A stretch of 40,000 nucleotides of DNA from Fischerella muscicola PCC 7414. Its GTDB lineage: Bacteria > Cyanobacteriota > Cyanobacteriia > Cyanobacteriales > Nostocaceae. The DNA lies in contig NZ_AJLK01000041.1 in assembly GCF_000317205.1 (NCBI RefSeq), positions 1-40,000 on the forward strand, given 5' to 3'. The position numbers were made by a program, and so were the translations under genes. Shown in pieces: positions 26,475 to 36,385 of this stretch (within the stretch, counting starts at the first letter, position 1; every line of letters starts with the position of its first letter). A model generated the notes under the pieces. It had not been told where the DNA came from. It did no database searches and saw only the letters and a program-made list of their open reading frames with translations.

Positions 26475-28178
26475 ATGACCAACATTACCATCGAAAGTAT
26501 CGGTATCGCAGGTGAACAAACCCATCATCCCAGTCCCGATAACTGGAAACGATACTTCAGCTTTAGCACCGACCACAAGGTCATTGGTATTCAGTACCTT
26601 GTTACCTCATTTATCTTTTTCCTAGTTGGCGGTATCTTTGCAATGATACTGCGGGGAGAACTCATCACCCCAGAATCAGATTTAATTGACCGCACCATGT
26701 ACAACGGTATGTTTACCATGCATGGTACAGTCATGCTGTTCCTGTGGACATTTCCATCCTTAGTTGGTATAGCTAACTACCTTGTACCCCTAATGATTGG
26801 GGCGCGGGATATGGCATTTCCTCGCCTCAACGCCGCCGCTTTTTGGATGGTTCCAGTCGTGGGAATTCTGTTGATGGCTAGCTTTTTTGTCCCTGGTGGG
26901 CCAGCCCAAGCTGGCTGGTGGTCTTACCCACCCGTCAGTCTCCAGAATCCCACAGGAAACTTAATTAACGGACAAGTCATCTGGTTGTTGGCAGTAGCCA
27001 TCTCTGGTGTGTCTTCGATTATGGGGGCAGTCAACTTTGTTACTACGATTGTGAAGATGCGCGCCCCAGGCATGACCTTCTTTAGAATGCCCCTATTCGT
27101 TTGGGCAGTATTCAGCGCTCAAATTATCCAACTTTTCGGACTCCCAGCCCTGACAGCAGGGGCAGTCATGCTGTTACTTGACCTCACCGTTGGTACTGGC
27201 TTTTTTAACCCAGCCAATGGCGGAAATCCAGTCATGTTCCAGCACTACTTCTGGTTCTACTCCCACCCTGCTGTTTATGTGATTATTCTGCCCATCTTTG
27301 GGATTTTCTCAGAGATATTCCCGGTTTATGCTCGTAAGCCTTTATTTGGTTATAAAGTAGTCGCCGTTTCCTCAATCTTAATTGCTGTCGTGAGTGCGAT
27401 CGTCTGGGTACACCACATGTATGTCAGTGGTACTCCTGGTTGGATGCGGATGATTTTCATGCTGACAACCATGTTTGTTTCTGTACCTACTGGTATTAAA
27501 GTATTTGCTTGGGTAGCAACAATTTGGGGCGGAAAATTGCGCCTCACTACACCCATGTTGTTTGCCTTGGGTGGATTAGTGTTGTTTGTCTTCGCCGGAA
27601 TTACAGGCATCATGCTTTCTTCCGTGCCTGTGGATGTTCATGTCAACAATACTTACTTTGTTGTTGGTCACTTTCACTACGTTCTTTACGGAACAGTAAC
27701 TATGGGGATGTATGCAGCCATCTACCATTGGTTCCCCAAGATGACAGGCAAAATGTACTACGAAGGTTTGGGTAAGTTGCATTTTTGGTTAGCTTTCATT
27801 GGTACTAACCTCAACTTCTTCCCCATGCATCCCTTAGGATTACAAGGGATGTTGCGTAGAGTTGCTTCCTACGCTCCAGAGTATGAGTTATGGAATATTG
27901 TTGCTAGTGTTGGTGCGTTTATGTTAGGTATGTCTACTCTACCTTTTATTCTGAATATGATTAGTGCTTGGGTAGGTGGCGAACCAGCATCTGCTAATCC
28001 TTGGCAAGCTATTGGATTGGAATGGGAAGTCTCTTCACCACCACCTGTAGAAAATTTTGAAGAGATTCCTGTTGTGATTAGTGAGCCTTATGGATATGGG
28101 AAATCGGAACCTTTAGTAGCTCAAACTCATAGGCATAACTATTTGTCTACTAACCCTACTTTGACGAGTGTAGATTGA
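26475..28178 (+). CDS. coxA: Heme-copper oxidase subunit I
   Basis: 567 aa with 12 or more TM helices. Motifs: FWFYSHPAVYVIILP, VWVHHMY and VGHFHYVL. Confidence 0.95.
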   Translation: MTNITIESIGIAGEQTHHPSPDNWKRYFSFSTDHKVIGIQYLVTSFIFFLVGGIFAMILRGELITPESDLIDRTMYNGMFTMHGTVMLFLWTFPSLVGIANYLVPLMIGARDMAFPRLNAAAFWMVPVVGILLMASFFVPGGPAQAGWWSYPPVSLQNPTGNLINGQVIWLLAVAISGVSSIMGAVNFVTTIVKMRAPGMTFFRMPLFVWAVFSAQIIQLFGLPALTAGAVMLLLDLTVGTGFFNPANGGNPVMFQHYFWFYSHPAVYVIILPIFGIFSEIFPVYARKPLFGYKVVAVSSILIAVVSAIVWVHHMYVSGTPGWMRMIFMLTTMFVSVPTGIKVFAWVATIWGGKLRLTTPMLFALGGLVLFVFAGITGIMLSSVPVDVHVNNTYFVVGHFHYVLYGTVTMGMYAAIYHWFPKMTGKMYYEGLGKLHFWLAFIGTNLNFFPMHPLGLQGMLRRVASYAPEYELWNIVASVGAFMLGMSTLPFILNMISAWVGGEPASANPWQAIGLEWEVSSPPPVENFEEIPVVISEPYGYGKSEPLVAQTHRHNYLSTNPTLTSVD

Positions 28179-28301
28179 TGCGGCTAGATAATGCGGAGAG
28201 TTCTGTAAGAAGATTCTCCGCATCTTCATTGAAAGAATATTGATTAAAAACCGCAGAGGACGCAGAGTACACAGAGAAAGAGAGTAAGGAGAATTTCAGG
28301 A

Positions 28302-28904
28302 ATGGACGGTTATATGATTTCTGAGGAGTTGCATCTGCATCAAGCGGAGCATTCTCACGATGAAGAAGGCAATAAGATGTTTGGCTTCGTCGTATTTTTG
28401 CTATCTGAAAGTGTTATTTTTCTCAGTTTTTTTGCAGGGTATATTATTTATAAACTCACAACTCCTAATTGGTTGCCGCCTGGAGTTGATGGGTTGGAAG
28501 TGGTAGCCCCTGCTGTTAATACGGTGGTTTTGGTTGCTAGTAGTTTTGTGATTTATTTGGCAGAACGTGCTTTACAAAATCACAATTTGTGGAGATATCG
28601 CCTGTTTTTGTTGGCAACTATGGCGATGGGAACTTACTTTTTGGTTGGACAGGCGATTGAGTGGAAAGGCTTGGAATTTGGTTTTACTTCTGGTGCATTT
28701 GGTGGAATGTTTTATCTACTAACTGGTTTCCACGGTTTGCATGTTCTCACAGGTATTCTATTACAGTTGATTATTTTGGTGCGTTCTTTTATTCCAGGTA
28801 ATTTTGAGTCTGGTCATTTTGGTGTGAATGCGACTTCACTTTTCTGGCACTTTGTTGATGTGATTTGGATTGTGTTGTTTGTGCTTCTCTACATTTGGCA
28901 GTAG
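28302..28904 (+). CDS. coxC: Heme-copper oxidase subunit III
   Basis: 200 aa with GFHGLHVLTG and FWHFVDVIWIVLF motifs. AAGGAG lies upstream. Confidence 0.9.
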   Translation: MDGYMISEELHLHQAEHSHDEEGNKMFGFVVFLLSESVIFLSFFAGYIIYKLTTPNWLPPGVDGLEVVAPAVNTVVLVASSFVIYLAERALQNHNLWRYRLFLLATMAMGTYFLVGQAIEWKGLEFGFTSGAFGGMFYLLTGFHGLHVLTGILLQLIILVRSFIPGNFESGHFGVNATSLFWHFVDVIWIVLFVLLYIWQ

Positions 28905-29197
28905 ATGTTGATTATCAGGTATTGTTAATATTCTATACCTGATGATGCGATCGCCTCAAAATCAAAAACCAAAATCAACTATAAACCGTCTTGGGTTACT
29001 TTTGTTCTCAAGCGGTTTCATGTTTAAAGGAAATTGGTATCACACAGATATCAGATTCTTACTTAGTAAGCAATAAAGCTTAGGTTAACTCAGAGGTATT
29101 TTTTAGTAAATAATAAGGTTAAGCTTGTCAGAGAATTGGTTGAAAAGCCTTATTGAGGTATAATTGGCTAATTCAACCTATTCTTGATAGGTGGCTG

Positions 29198-30052
29198 ATG
29201 GACAAGAGCTTCCCACCTAGTTATTATAATTACCAAGTCGGGGGTAGTCTTCCCCAAAATGCTCCTACCTACGTCAAACGTCAAGCAGATGACGACTTGT
29301 ATGAGGGTTTGCAGGCTGGAGAATTCTGTTACGTCCTCAATTCTCGCCAAATGGGCAAATCTAGCTTGCGGGTACAGGTGATGCAGCGTCTGCAACAAGA
29401 AGGATTTGCTTGTGCTGTAATTGATATTACTGCGATCGGAACCGCAGATATTACTCCAGAACAGTGGTATGCAGGAGTAATTGATACTTTAATTGGTAGT
29501 TTCAATCTTTACACCACTTTTGATTTAGAAACCTGGTGGACAGAAAACCATTTAATTTCACCAGTACAGAAGTTAAGCAAGTTTATTGACACTATATTAC
29601 TGAAAATAATTACTACAAATATAGTTATTTTTATTGATGAAATTGACAGTGTTTTGAGTCTGGCATTTAATGTTGATGATTTTTTTGCAGTCATCAGAGA
29701 TTGTTACAACCGTCGAGCCGATCAAGAAGTTTATCAGCGTTTGACGTTTGCGATTATAGGAGTGTCTACACCTTCAGACTTGATCCAAGATCGGCGACGA
29801 ACACCCTTTAATATTGGTCGAGCAATTACTTTAACGGGTTTCCAACTTGCAGAAACTGAACCACTGGCAACGGGACTAACAAAGTTAGGCGAACCGCAAA
29901 TGGTGATGTCATCTGTGTTGTACTGGACAGGAGGACAGCCGTTTCTTACTCAGAAGGTTTGTAAATTATTGCTAGATGAGATCATAAAGACAGGGGGACG
30001 CAAAGACACGGGAACACACAGAGGAAGAATCCCAAATAGGAGGGTGGATTGA
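29198..30052 (+). CDS. AAA-like ATPase domain protein (N-terminal part of a frameshifted AAA-like/WD40 gene)
   Basis: YQVGGSLPQNAPTYVKRQADDDLYEGLQAGEFCYVLNSRQMGKSSL is the hallmark N-terminus of cyanobacterial AAA-like (PF14516-type) proteins. The ORF ends in a repeat-like segment after a G5 run (29993-29997). Confidence 0.7.
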   Translation: MDKSFPPSYYNYQVGGSLPQNAPTYVKRQADDDLYEGLQAGEFCYVLNSRQMGKSSLRVQVMQRLQQEGFACAVIDITAIGTADITPEQWYAGVIDTLIGSFNLYTTFDLETWWTENHLISPVQKLSKFIDTILLKIITTNIVIFIDEIDSVLSLAFNVDDFFAVIRDCYNRRADQEVYQRLTFAIIGVSTPSDLIQDRRRTPFNIGRAITLTGFQLAETEPLATGLTKLGEPQMVMSSVLYWTGGQPFLTQKVCKLLLDEIIKTGGRKDTGTHRGRIPNRRVD

Positions 30053-30056
30053 GCAT

Positions 30057-31463
30057 TTGGTAAGAAAGCGCATCATTGAAAATTGGGAAGCGCAAGATGA
30101 ACCGGAGCATTTGAAGACTATTAGAGACAGAATTCTACGAAGTGGGGAAAAGCGTACTGGTAGATTGTTGGGTTTATGTCAGCAAATTTTACAGCAGGGA
30201 GAGATTGTAGTTGATGACAGTCCGGAGCATACCGAACTACGGCTGACGGGGTTGGTAGTGGAACGCGATCGCAAACTACAAATTTATAATCATATCTATC
30301 AACAAGTTTTTAACCAGCAATGGTGTGAAAAGGAATTAGCCAAATTACGTCCTTACGCAGACTTACTCAATGGCTGGGTAGCTTCTGCACGTCAAGATGA
30401 ATCATGCTTGCTACGAGGACAAAACTTGCAAAATGCTCGCAAATGGGCAACAGGTAAAAGTTTAAGTGATATAGATTATCAGTTTTTAGCTGCTAGCCAG
30501 GAAGTAGAAAAGCGCGAAGTTGAGAAACTTTTGGCAGCACAAGCAGCAGCATCACGCGCAGAAGCCGCAGCCACACGCGCAGAAGCCGCAGCCACACAGG
30601 CTAAACAACAAGCTCAATTTCAAAAGCAAATTACTTTAGTGGCGATCGCATCTTTAATTACAATTACGACTATGGCTGTCATCGCTGTCCAGAAGTGGAA
30701 AGCAGCAGATAAAGGTCAAATTCAAGCATTATTATCATCTTCAAAAGCAAACTTTAATCTCAATCGCAGTTCATTTGAGCCGCTAGTGGATGCGATCAGA
30801 GCGGCACAACTTTTACAAGACTCTGTTTGGTTGAAAAATGACCCTAAGCTGCAACCTCAAGTCATGGAAGCCTTCAGTGCAGTTTACTGGGTTCGAGAAA
30901 GCAACCGCCTAGAAAAACATCAAGGTTATGTTCAAAAAGTTAGGTTCAGTCCTGATGGCAAAATTATTGCTACTGCCAGTTTTGATAATACTGCCAAACT
31001 CTGGAGTTCGGATGGCAAGGAACTCGTCACCCTACAAGGACATACTGAGCCTGTTGTGGATGTAAGTTTTAGCCCTGATGGTCAAACCATTGCTACTGCT
31101 AGCCGCGATGGAACAGCAAAACTTTGGAATTTGGATGGTAAGCCCATAAAAACTTTCAAAGGACATAAAGGAGTTGTCTGGAGTATAAGTTTTAGCCCTG
31201 ATGGCCAGACTATTGCCACAGCTGGCGAAGATAAAACAGTGAAACTTTGGAGATGGAATGGTAATTTTTTAAAAACATGGAAAGCCCATGATGGGGAAAT
31301 TTATGGTATCAGTTTTAGTCCTGATGGTCAGAGGATTGCGACAGCTAGTGACGACAAGAGTGTGAAACTCTGGAACCTTCAAGGTAATTTTTTTGTCATG
31401 AAATTCAAAGGTGAATTATTTGTTAAATTTATTACTGATAAGAAGTGCGGTCGCCAAAAATAA
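30057..31463 (+). CDS. WD40-repeat protein (C-terminal part of the split gene; truncated propeller)
   Basis: The frame is open from 29988. IENWEAQDEPEHLKTIRDRIL continues the AAA-like family. It also has an Ala-rich coiled segment and one TM helix. Only four FSPDGxxIATAS-DxTxKLW blades precede a degenerate tail. Confidence 0.7.
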   Translation: MVRKRIIENWEAQDEPEHLKTIRDRILRSGEKRTGRLLGLCQQILQQGEIVVDDSPEHTELRLTGLVVERDRKLQIYNHIYQQVFNQQWCEKELAKLRPYADLLNGWVASARQDESCLLRGQNLQNARKWATGKSLSDIDYQFLAASQEVEKREVEKLLAAQAAASRAEAAATRAEAAATQAKQQAQFQKQITLVAIASLITITTMAVIAVQKWKAADKGQIQALLSSSKANFNLNRSSFEPLVDAIRAAQLLQDSVWLKNDPKLQPQVMEAFSAVYWVRESNRLEKHQGYVQKVRFSPDGKIIATASFDNTAKLWSSDGKELVTLQGHTEPVVDVSFSPDGQTIATASRDGTAKLWNLDGKPIKTFKGHKGVVWSISFSPDGQTIATAGEDKTVKLWRWNGNFLKTWKAHDGEIYGISFSPDGQRIATASDDKSVKLWNLQGNFFVMKFKGELFVKFITDKKCGRQK

Positions 31464-31684
31464 ATATTGACGTGATCACACGGATAAAATTTCATGCTCG
31501 GTGATTAGCCCTACCTGGGATAAGCAATTTGTAAGCATTTTTTCCGCTTATATTCCACAAGTGCATAAATTATATTACTTGCACCCATTCAGATATAGAA
31601 AAAGATTTGAAGAGTTAGCGAAGTATCCAATCGTTGATTCGTACTACCACTTTTTCAAACACCCTTTAATAAAGGAAGATAATC

Positions 31685-32494
31685 ATGGCAGATAAAGCAA
31701 AAAAACAAAAATCAAACACTGATATAACAAAGAAAGGACTGGGTTGGGTTCCAGACTACCCTGATCTGCGTGACTATAATTCAAATCAGGAAAATCCTCT
31801 CAAAGATGAATTAAGACTCAAAATAGAAGAAAGAACAGGTAATTTTGAAAATATTATCAAAGGTTTACTAAATTTATTGGTTGAAATTCAGACAAATGAG
31901 AAAGAAGATACAAATAATATAAAACTCAAAATCGACGCAATCACAAACCAAATATTTGGTGGGATTTTATTTGCTAAAGTTAGAGTTCATAGGCTTTTAA
32001 GAGATGAGTGGAAACAGGAGCGAAACCATGCTAAATATACTCTAAATAAAATCCCCTATGAAAGTATACTCTTGAAGCAGGTAGTTGAATTGAAGAAGTA
32101 TCTTGGCGTTTTATTAATAGGAGAATATTTATCACCTTCTAAAGAAGTCAAAGATAGACAAAATAATCCAGTGGATTTCACTCAGCCAGCACAAGTTGTA
32201 AATTGGATAGCAGGTTGGATGAGAGAGGAAACTTATGATCCAACTGCTAAAGACCTTGTGAAGCAGTTTCAATTGCTTACCAGAATTAAGGAAGATGGCA
32301 TAGTCGGACTTGAAACTTACACTACCTTAAATGAGTATTTTTCTGATTATAATAAGTTATCAGAACTTCAAAAATCCTATAGAAATTACAAAGATCAGCA
32401 AGGACAAAATCAAAATCAACAAAAAACCCTATCTAAGATTAGATTTTTTCTGTTACCTCACTCATCCCAAGTCAAGCAATTAATAAGATTATAG
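31685..32494 (+). CDS. N-terminal fragment of a C1-peptidase-family protein with peptidoglycan-binding-like motif
   Basis: GLGWVPDYPDLRDY is an N-terminal motif I associate with cyanobacterial C1 peptidases. VKQFQLLTRIKEDGIVGLETYTTLNEYF is PG_binding_1-like. The coding sequence is AT-rich. Confidence 0.55.
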   Translation: MADKAKKQKSNTDITKKGLGWVPDYPDLRDYNSNQENPLKDELRLKIEERTGNFENIIKGLLNLLVEIQTNEKEDTNNIKLKIDAITNQIFGGILFAKVRVHRLLRDEWKQERNHAKYTLNKIPYESILLKQVVELKKYLGVLLIGEYLSPSKEVKDRQNNPVDFTQPAQVVNWIAGWMREETYDPTAKDLVKQFQLLTRIKEDGIVGLETYTTLNEYFSDYNKLSELQKSYRNYKDQQGQNQNQQKTLSKIRFFLLPHSSQVKQLIRL

Positions 32495-32505
32495 AAACTT
32501 TAATA

Positions 32506-33975
32506 TTGAAATCTGCTAACCAGATATGTAAAGAATACTCCGCTGGCAATCAGAGGAGTATTCGGCAGATTTATGAAAGTATTTTTGAAGATGATTTTTT
32601 ACAAAACATTGAAGTTGAAGAAAAAGTTTTTCAACCAATTAAAGATATTAGAAAACAATATTTTCAAAATAATTATATTGATTCAGAGCAGAGACTCATA
32701 GAGAATATAAGTACAATTATAAATTTAAATAATCAGAATTACAATTCATATTGGCCTCAATTTAGTGATCTTGTTGAAGTAGTACAAAATTCTTATGTAA
32801 TTGAGCCAGTAATTTCATTCATTATGCAAAATATTTCACCATTAGCTAAATGGAGAAACTTAACTTTTGAAGAATTGATAGAACAAGGTTTTAGTATATT
32901 TGAAAATGTCTTGATTCAAAAAGAACAATCCAATACTTATAACTTTGAATTGGGATGTAGTAAAAAAGAATTAGCTACAAATGCAGTTACTAAAACAATT
33001 TCTTTATTACGATTGGAAATATACTCTCTTGCGGAACAGCGGAGAAATATTATACTTGTATTAACTTCATATATTCTCACAATCACAAAATACACATTTG
33101 CAGAAAAAAATAAAATCAATAAAATTTTATACATAGTTCAACAACAAATTAATGCATTTGTAGAACAAGAATTTATAGAAATAGATATTCACACTCTTCT
33201 TAAAAAACATATTAGTAGTATAGTTTTTTATTTTCTGTTAAAAAAATATCTCAATTCTGTTGACAGAAATAGAACGATGACCGCTAAATATGAAGAAGGT
33301 GAGGCTAATATTTTTGATAAACACGAAGTATTTGAAATAGAGCAGCTAGTTAATTATGATAATTTCTCCTTATTACCTAAAGACGTAAGCAGAGAAGAAA
33401 AATTAAAACTGTTTCCGACTTTAGATTTACAAATTCCTATAGTAAATAACAGTTTTATTAAAGAATTAAATTTATACAAGCAAAAGAATATTAAAAATAA
33501 TAAAAAACCATTTTTTCTGATTCCAAGTGTTATAGATTTAAGCTATTGGTTTTCTCCAATTAGAGACCAAGGTTCACTTAATTCATGCACAGCATTTGCG
33601 GCGATCGCTTTATTAGAATATTTGGAAAATAGAAATTTTGGTAAGTTTATAGATGCTTCTCCTCTGTTTCTATACAAAGCTGCACGCAATAAAATGGATG
33701 TTCAAGGAGACGTGGGAGCATCTATACGAGAAACAATGAAAGTACTAGCTCTATTTGGTGTTCCTCCAGAAGAAGCGTGGCCTTATGAAGAAGATCAAGT
33801 TAACGAAGAACCACCTCCTTATTGCTATGCTTATGCTCAGAATAACCAATCACTTAAATACTTTCTTTTAGATTACGCTGGCATTACCACAGAAAGTCTT
33901 TTGTTTCAGATTAAATCAGTTTTAGCAGCAGGTTTTCCTTGCATTTTTGGATTTACAATGTATTCTTCTGCCTAA
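32506..33975 (+). CDS. Papain-like (C1) cysteine peptidase, N-terminal half of catalytic domain, ends at in-frame TAA
   Basis: PIRDQGSLNSCTAFAAIALLEY contains the catalytic-Cys motif. It is preceded by ~340 aa of N/I/K-rich sequence. The frame is open upstream to 32443. Confidence 0.6.
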   Translation: MKSANQICKEYSAGNQRSIRQIYESIFEDDFLQNIEVEEKVFQPIKDIRKQYFQNNYIDSEQRLIENISTIINLNNQNYNSYWPQFSDLVEVVQNSYVIEPVISFIMQNISPLAKWRNLTFEELIEQGFSIFENVLIQKEQSNTYNFELGCSKKELATNAVTKTISLLRLEIYSLAEQRRNIILVLTSYILTITKYTFAEKNKINKILYIVQQQINAFVEQEFIEIDIHTLLKKHISSIVFYFLLKKYLNSVDRNRTMTAKYEEGEANIFDKHEVFEIEQLVNYDNFSLLPKDVSREEKLKLFPTLDLQIPIVNNSFIKELNLYKQKNIKNNKKPFFLIPSVIDLSYWFSPIRDQGSLNSCTAFAAIALLEYLENRNFGKFIDASPLFLYKAARNKMDVQGDVGASIRETMKVLALFGVPPEEAWPYEEDQVNEEPPPYCYAYAQNNQSLKYFLLDYAGITTESLLFQIKSVLAAGFPCIFGFTMYSSA

Positions 33976-34329
33976 GATAATTCTAATTACAAAAATGGTT
34001 GGATTGCATATCCCAATCCTCAGAAAGACAAAGTTATTGGTGGACACACTGTTGTTGCGGTTGGCTATGATGATTACAAATGTATTCAGTGTAGCGATCG
34101 CAGATACTATTCAAAAGGTGCATTCTTAATTAGAAACTCTTGGGGGACTGAATGGGGAGTAGACGGCTATGGGTGGCTTCCCTACGACTACGTATTAGCT
34201 GGACTGACAGCTGCTTGGTGGTCACTTCTGAAGGCTGAGTGGTTTGATGAAAGTAATTTTGGGAGATCAGGAACAGGTGGAGGACCCGCAGATACAAGAC
34301 AAGGAGGAAAATCAGGGACAGGAAGATGA
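33976..34329 (+). pseudogene. C-terminal half of the same C1 peptidase domain (after in-frame stop)
   Basis: The same frame continues directly after the TAA at 33973-33975: DNSNYKNGWIAYP...VIGGHTVVAVGYDD (catalytic His)...FLIRNSWGTEWGVDGYGWLPYDY (Asn/Trp). The stop TGA is at 34327-34329. Confidence 0.75.
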
Positions 34330-34381
34330 GATAACTTAGGACAACAAAACCCTAGCCTTCCCCCAGTTATTCATATTTCCC

Positions 34382-35122
34382 TCAAGCAACTCCCCCATTA
34401 ACGCGGATATTTTGTCCAGTGATCCATCTTGCTTCGTCGCTGGCCAGAAATGCTACCACATCGGCGATATCTTGGACTTCTCCCAATCCTCCTAATGCAG
34501 ATGCTTGCGCTAAACGGTTGATTTGTTCTTCGGTTTTACCTTGGCGGAATAATTCTGTGTCTGTGGGGCCGGGTGAGATAGCATTAACTGTAATCCCCCT
34601 GCTGCCTAGTTCTTTAGCTACTATCCGCGTGATTTGTTCCACAGCACCTTTAGTACCTACATAAGCGCTGTAGGTAGGTAACATCATTGCTGTTGTACTT
34701 GAGGAAAAGTTAATAATGCGTCCACCATCTGCCATGCGGTGTGCGGCTTGTTGACAAGCAAAATATGTTCCTTTGACGTTAACAGCAAAAATTTTATCAA
34801 ACTCTGCTTCTGTAACTTCTGTAATTGGCTTATATACTATCGCTCCGGCATTATTTACCAAAATATCAACTTTGCCAAACTTTTCAATAGTTTGGTCAAA
34901 TAGTTTTTGAATTTCAGCCACTTTGCTAATATCTGCTTGTACAGCGATCGCTTTGCTACCTAATTTTTCAATTTCGGCGACAACTTCTTGTGGCTTCTCG
35001 GCATTGCCTGCATAGTTAACAGTAACTGACGCTCCTTGTTCTGCTAATTTAAGAGCGATCGCACGTCCAATTCCCCGCGATGCACCCGTCACAATTGCAA
35101 TTTTTCCTGCTAAAGATGGCAT
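34382..35122 (-). CDS. Short-chain dehydrogenase/reductase (FabG-like)
   Basis: TGASRGIGRAIA cofactor motif, NNAG, and the catalytic YSAYVGTK (YxxxK). Confidence 0.9.
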   Translation of the reverse strand: MPSLAGKIAIVTGASRGIGRAIALKLAEQGASVTVNYAGNAEKPQEVVAEIEKLGSKAIAVQADISKVAEIQKLFDQTIEKFGKVDILVNNAGAIVYKPITEVTEAEFDKIFAVNVKGTYFACQQAAHRMADGGRIINFSSSTTAMMLPTYSAYVGTKGAVEQITRIVAKELGSRGITVNAISPGPTDTELFRQGKTEEQINRLAQASALGGLGEVQDIADVVAFLASDEARWITGQNIRVNGGVA

Positions 35123-35175
35123 TAGAATTCTCTGTGCAAATTTTCCAAATCTACTAGTTTAACCATAAAAAGTTT

Positions 35176-35203
35176 CGTAATGAGCGCTTCAGCACTCACT
35201 ACG
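35176..35203 (-). terminator. Hairpin repeat acting as probable terminator of the pirin gene
   Basis: The minus-strand RNA cguagugagugcugaagcgcucauuacg forms an 11-bp stem (two G-U pairs) with a UGAA loop. It is followed by aaacuuuuua. Confidence 0.6.
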
Positions 35204-35215
35204 AACTGTTACACT

Positions 35216-35932
35216 TTAACCCAAATCAAACAACAAGATTTCTGCACCGATATCAGTGCTTATCTCTAGTTGTTCTTCGCCATTCATTTGCACACCATCA
35301 CCTGCACGGAGTTCTTCACCATTTAATTTGGCGATTCCATTAGCAATTTGCAACCAACCATAACGATTGGGCAAAAGATGGTAATTCACAACATCACCAG
35401 CTTCTAAAACGGATGTGTACAAATCAACATCTTGGAAAATTTTCACAGCACCATCACGTCCATCTTTGGCAGCAATTAAGCGTAATTTTCCCTTTCTTTC
35501 TTCAATAGGAAAAGCCTTTTGATCATATCTGGGTTGCAGTCCTTTTTGGTTGGGAAGAATCCAAATTTGTAAGAAGTGGCCTGGTTCAGTTTCAGAAGGA
35601 TTAAATTCACTGTGTAAAATTCCAGTTCCAGCACTCATAATTTGTGCTTCTCCTGGACGAATGACTGAACCGTTACCTAAACTATCTTTATGTTCTATGG
35701 CTCCTTCTAGCACATAGGTGAGAATTTCCATGTCTTTATGACCGTGAGTAGGAAAACCTGCACCAGGCGTAACACGATCATCATTAATTACACGCAAAGA
35801 ACGAAATCCCATACGATTGGGATCATAAAAGTTACCAAAAGAAAATGTATGGTAACTATCGAGCCAGCCTGTTTGGGTACGACCACGTGCATTTCTATCA
35901 TGAATCAGATGGGTTTTAGCATTAGAAACCAT
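35216..35932 (-). CDS. Pirin family protein
   Basis: [18 protein letters not shown] cupin metal motif and a two-domain length (238 aa). Confidence 0.9.
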   Translation of the reverse strand: MVSNAKTHLIHDRNARGRTQTGWLDSYHTFSFGNFYDPNRMGFRSLRVINDDRVTPGAGFPTHGHKDMEILTYVLEGAIEHKDSLGNGSVIRPGEAQIMSAGTGILHSEFNPSETEPGHFLQIWILPNQKGLQPRYDQKAFPIEERKGKLRLIAAKDGRDGAVKIFQDVDLYTSVLEAGDVVNYHLLPNRYGWLQIANGIAKLNGEELRAGDGVQMNGEEQLEISTDIGAEILLFDLG

Positions 35933-36283
35933 AGTTCCCTCCTTGTAATTTATGTATATGTATGAATTTGTTTATCGAGTTTGATAATTAGCGTTCTACA
36001 CTGATTTATATGAATAATTGACACTTTGTAGACGGCTAGATTTCTCAAAACTCACTTTTTTACATATATTTCACCAAAGGTTAAATTACTCTTAATCAAA
36101 TATCAATAACGTAAGCATGATTGAATGATTTATTGTTCCCTTGGTTTTTACCTATTTCAATATTAGAGTATATGTCTTCAAAATGAAAAGTAGATACTTA
36201 AAAGTAAGTGAGTTACCAAAAAGTAACTATTGTTTTTATCCTAATTACATTAAATTACAATCAACAAATAAAGTATAAAAAAT

Positions 36284-36310
36284 GGTACGTTACATTTAGC
36301 ATAACGTACC
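36284..36310 (-). terminator. Putative terminator downstream of cobI
   Basis: Perfect 9-bp arms ggtacgtta (36284-36292) and taacgtacc (36302-36310). On the minus strand it is followed by attttttatac. Confidence 0.55.
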
Positions 36311-36385
36311 TAAATAATTTGTTGTTTATTGATTTTTAGCAATTCTTCAAAAGACTTTTTGCACAAATATTTTTTACCCCACCCT

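Noticed and set aside
31501-31695. 64-aa ORF upstream of the peptidase locus
   Set aside because: It has a GTG start without an RBS, overlaps the next gene start, and has no motif. It probably lies in the junction/promoter region after the truncated WD40 gene.
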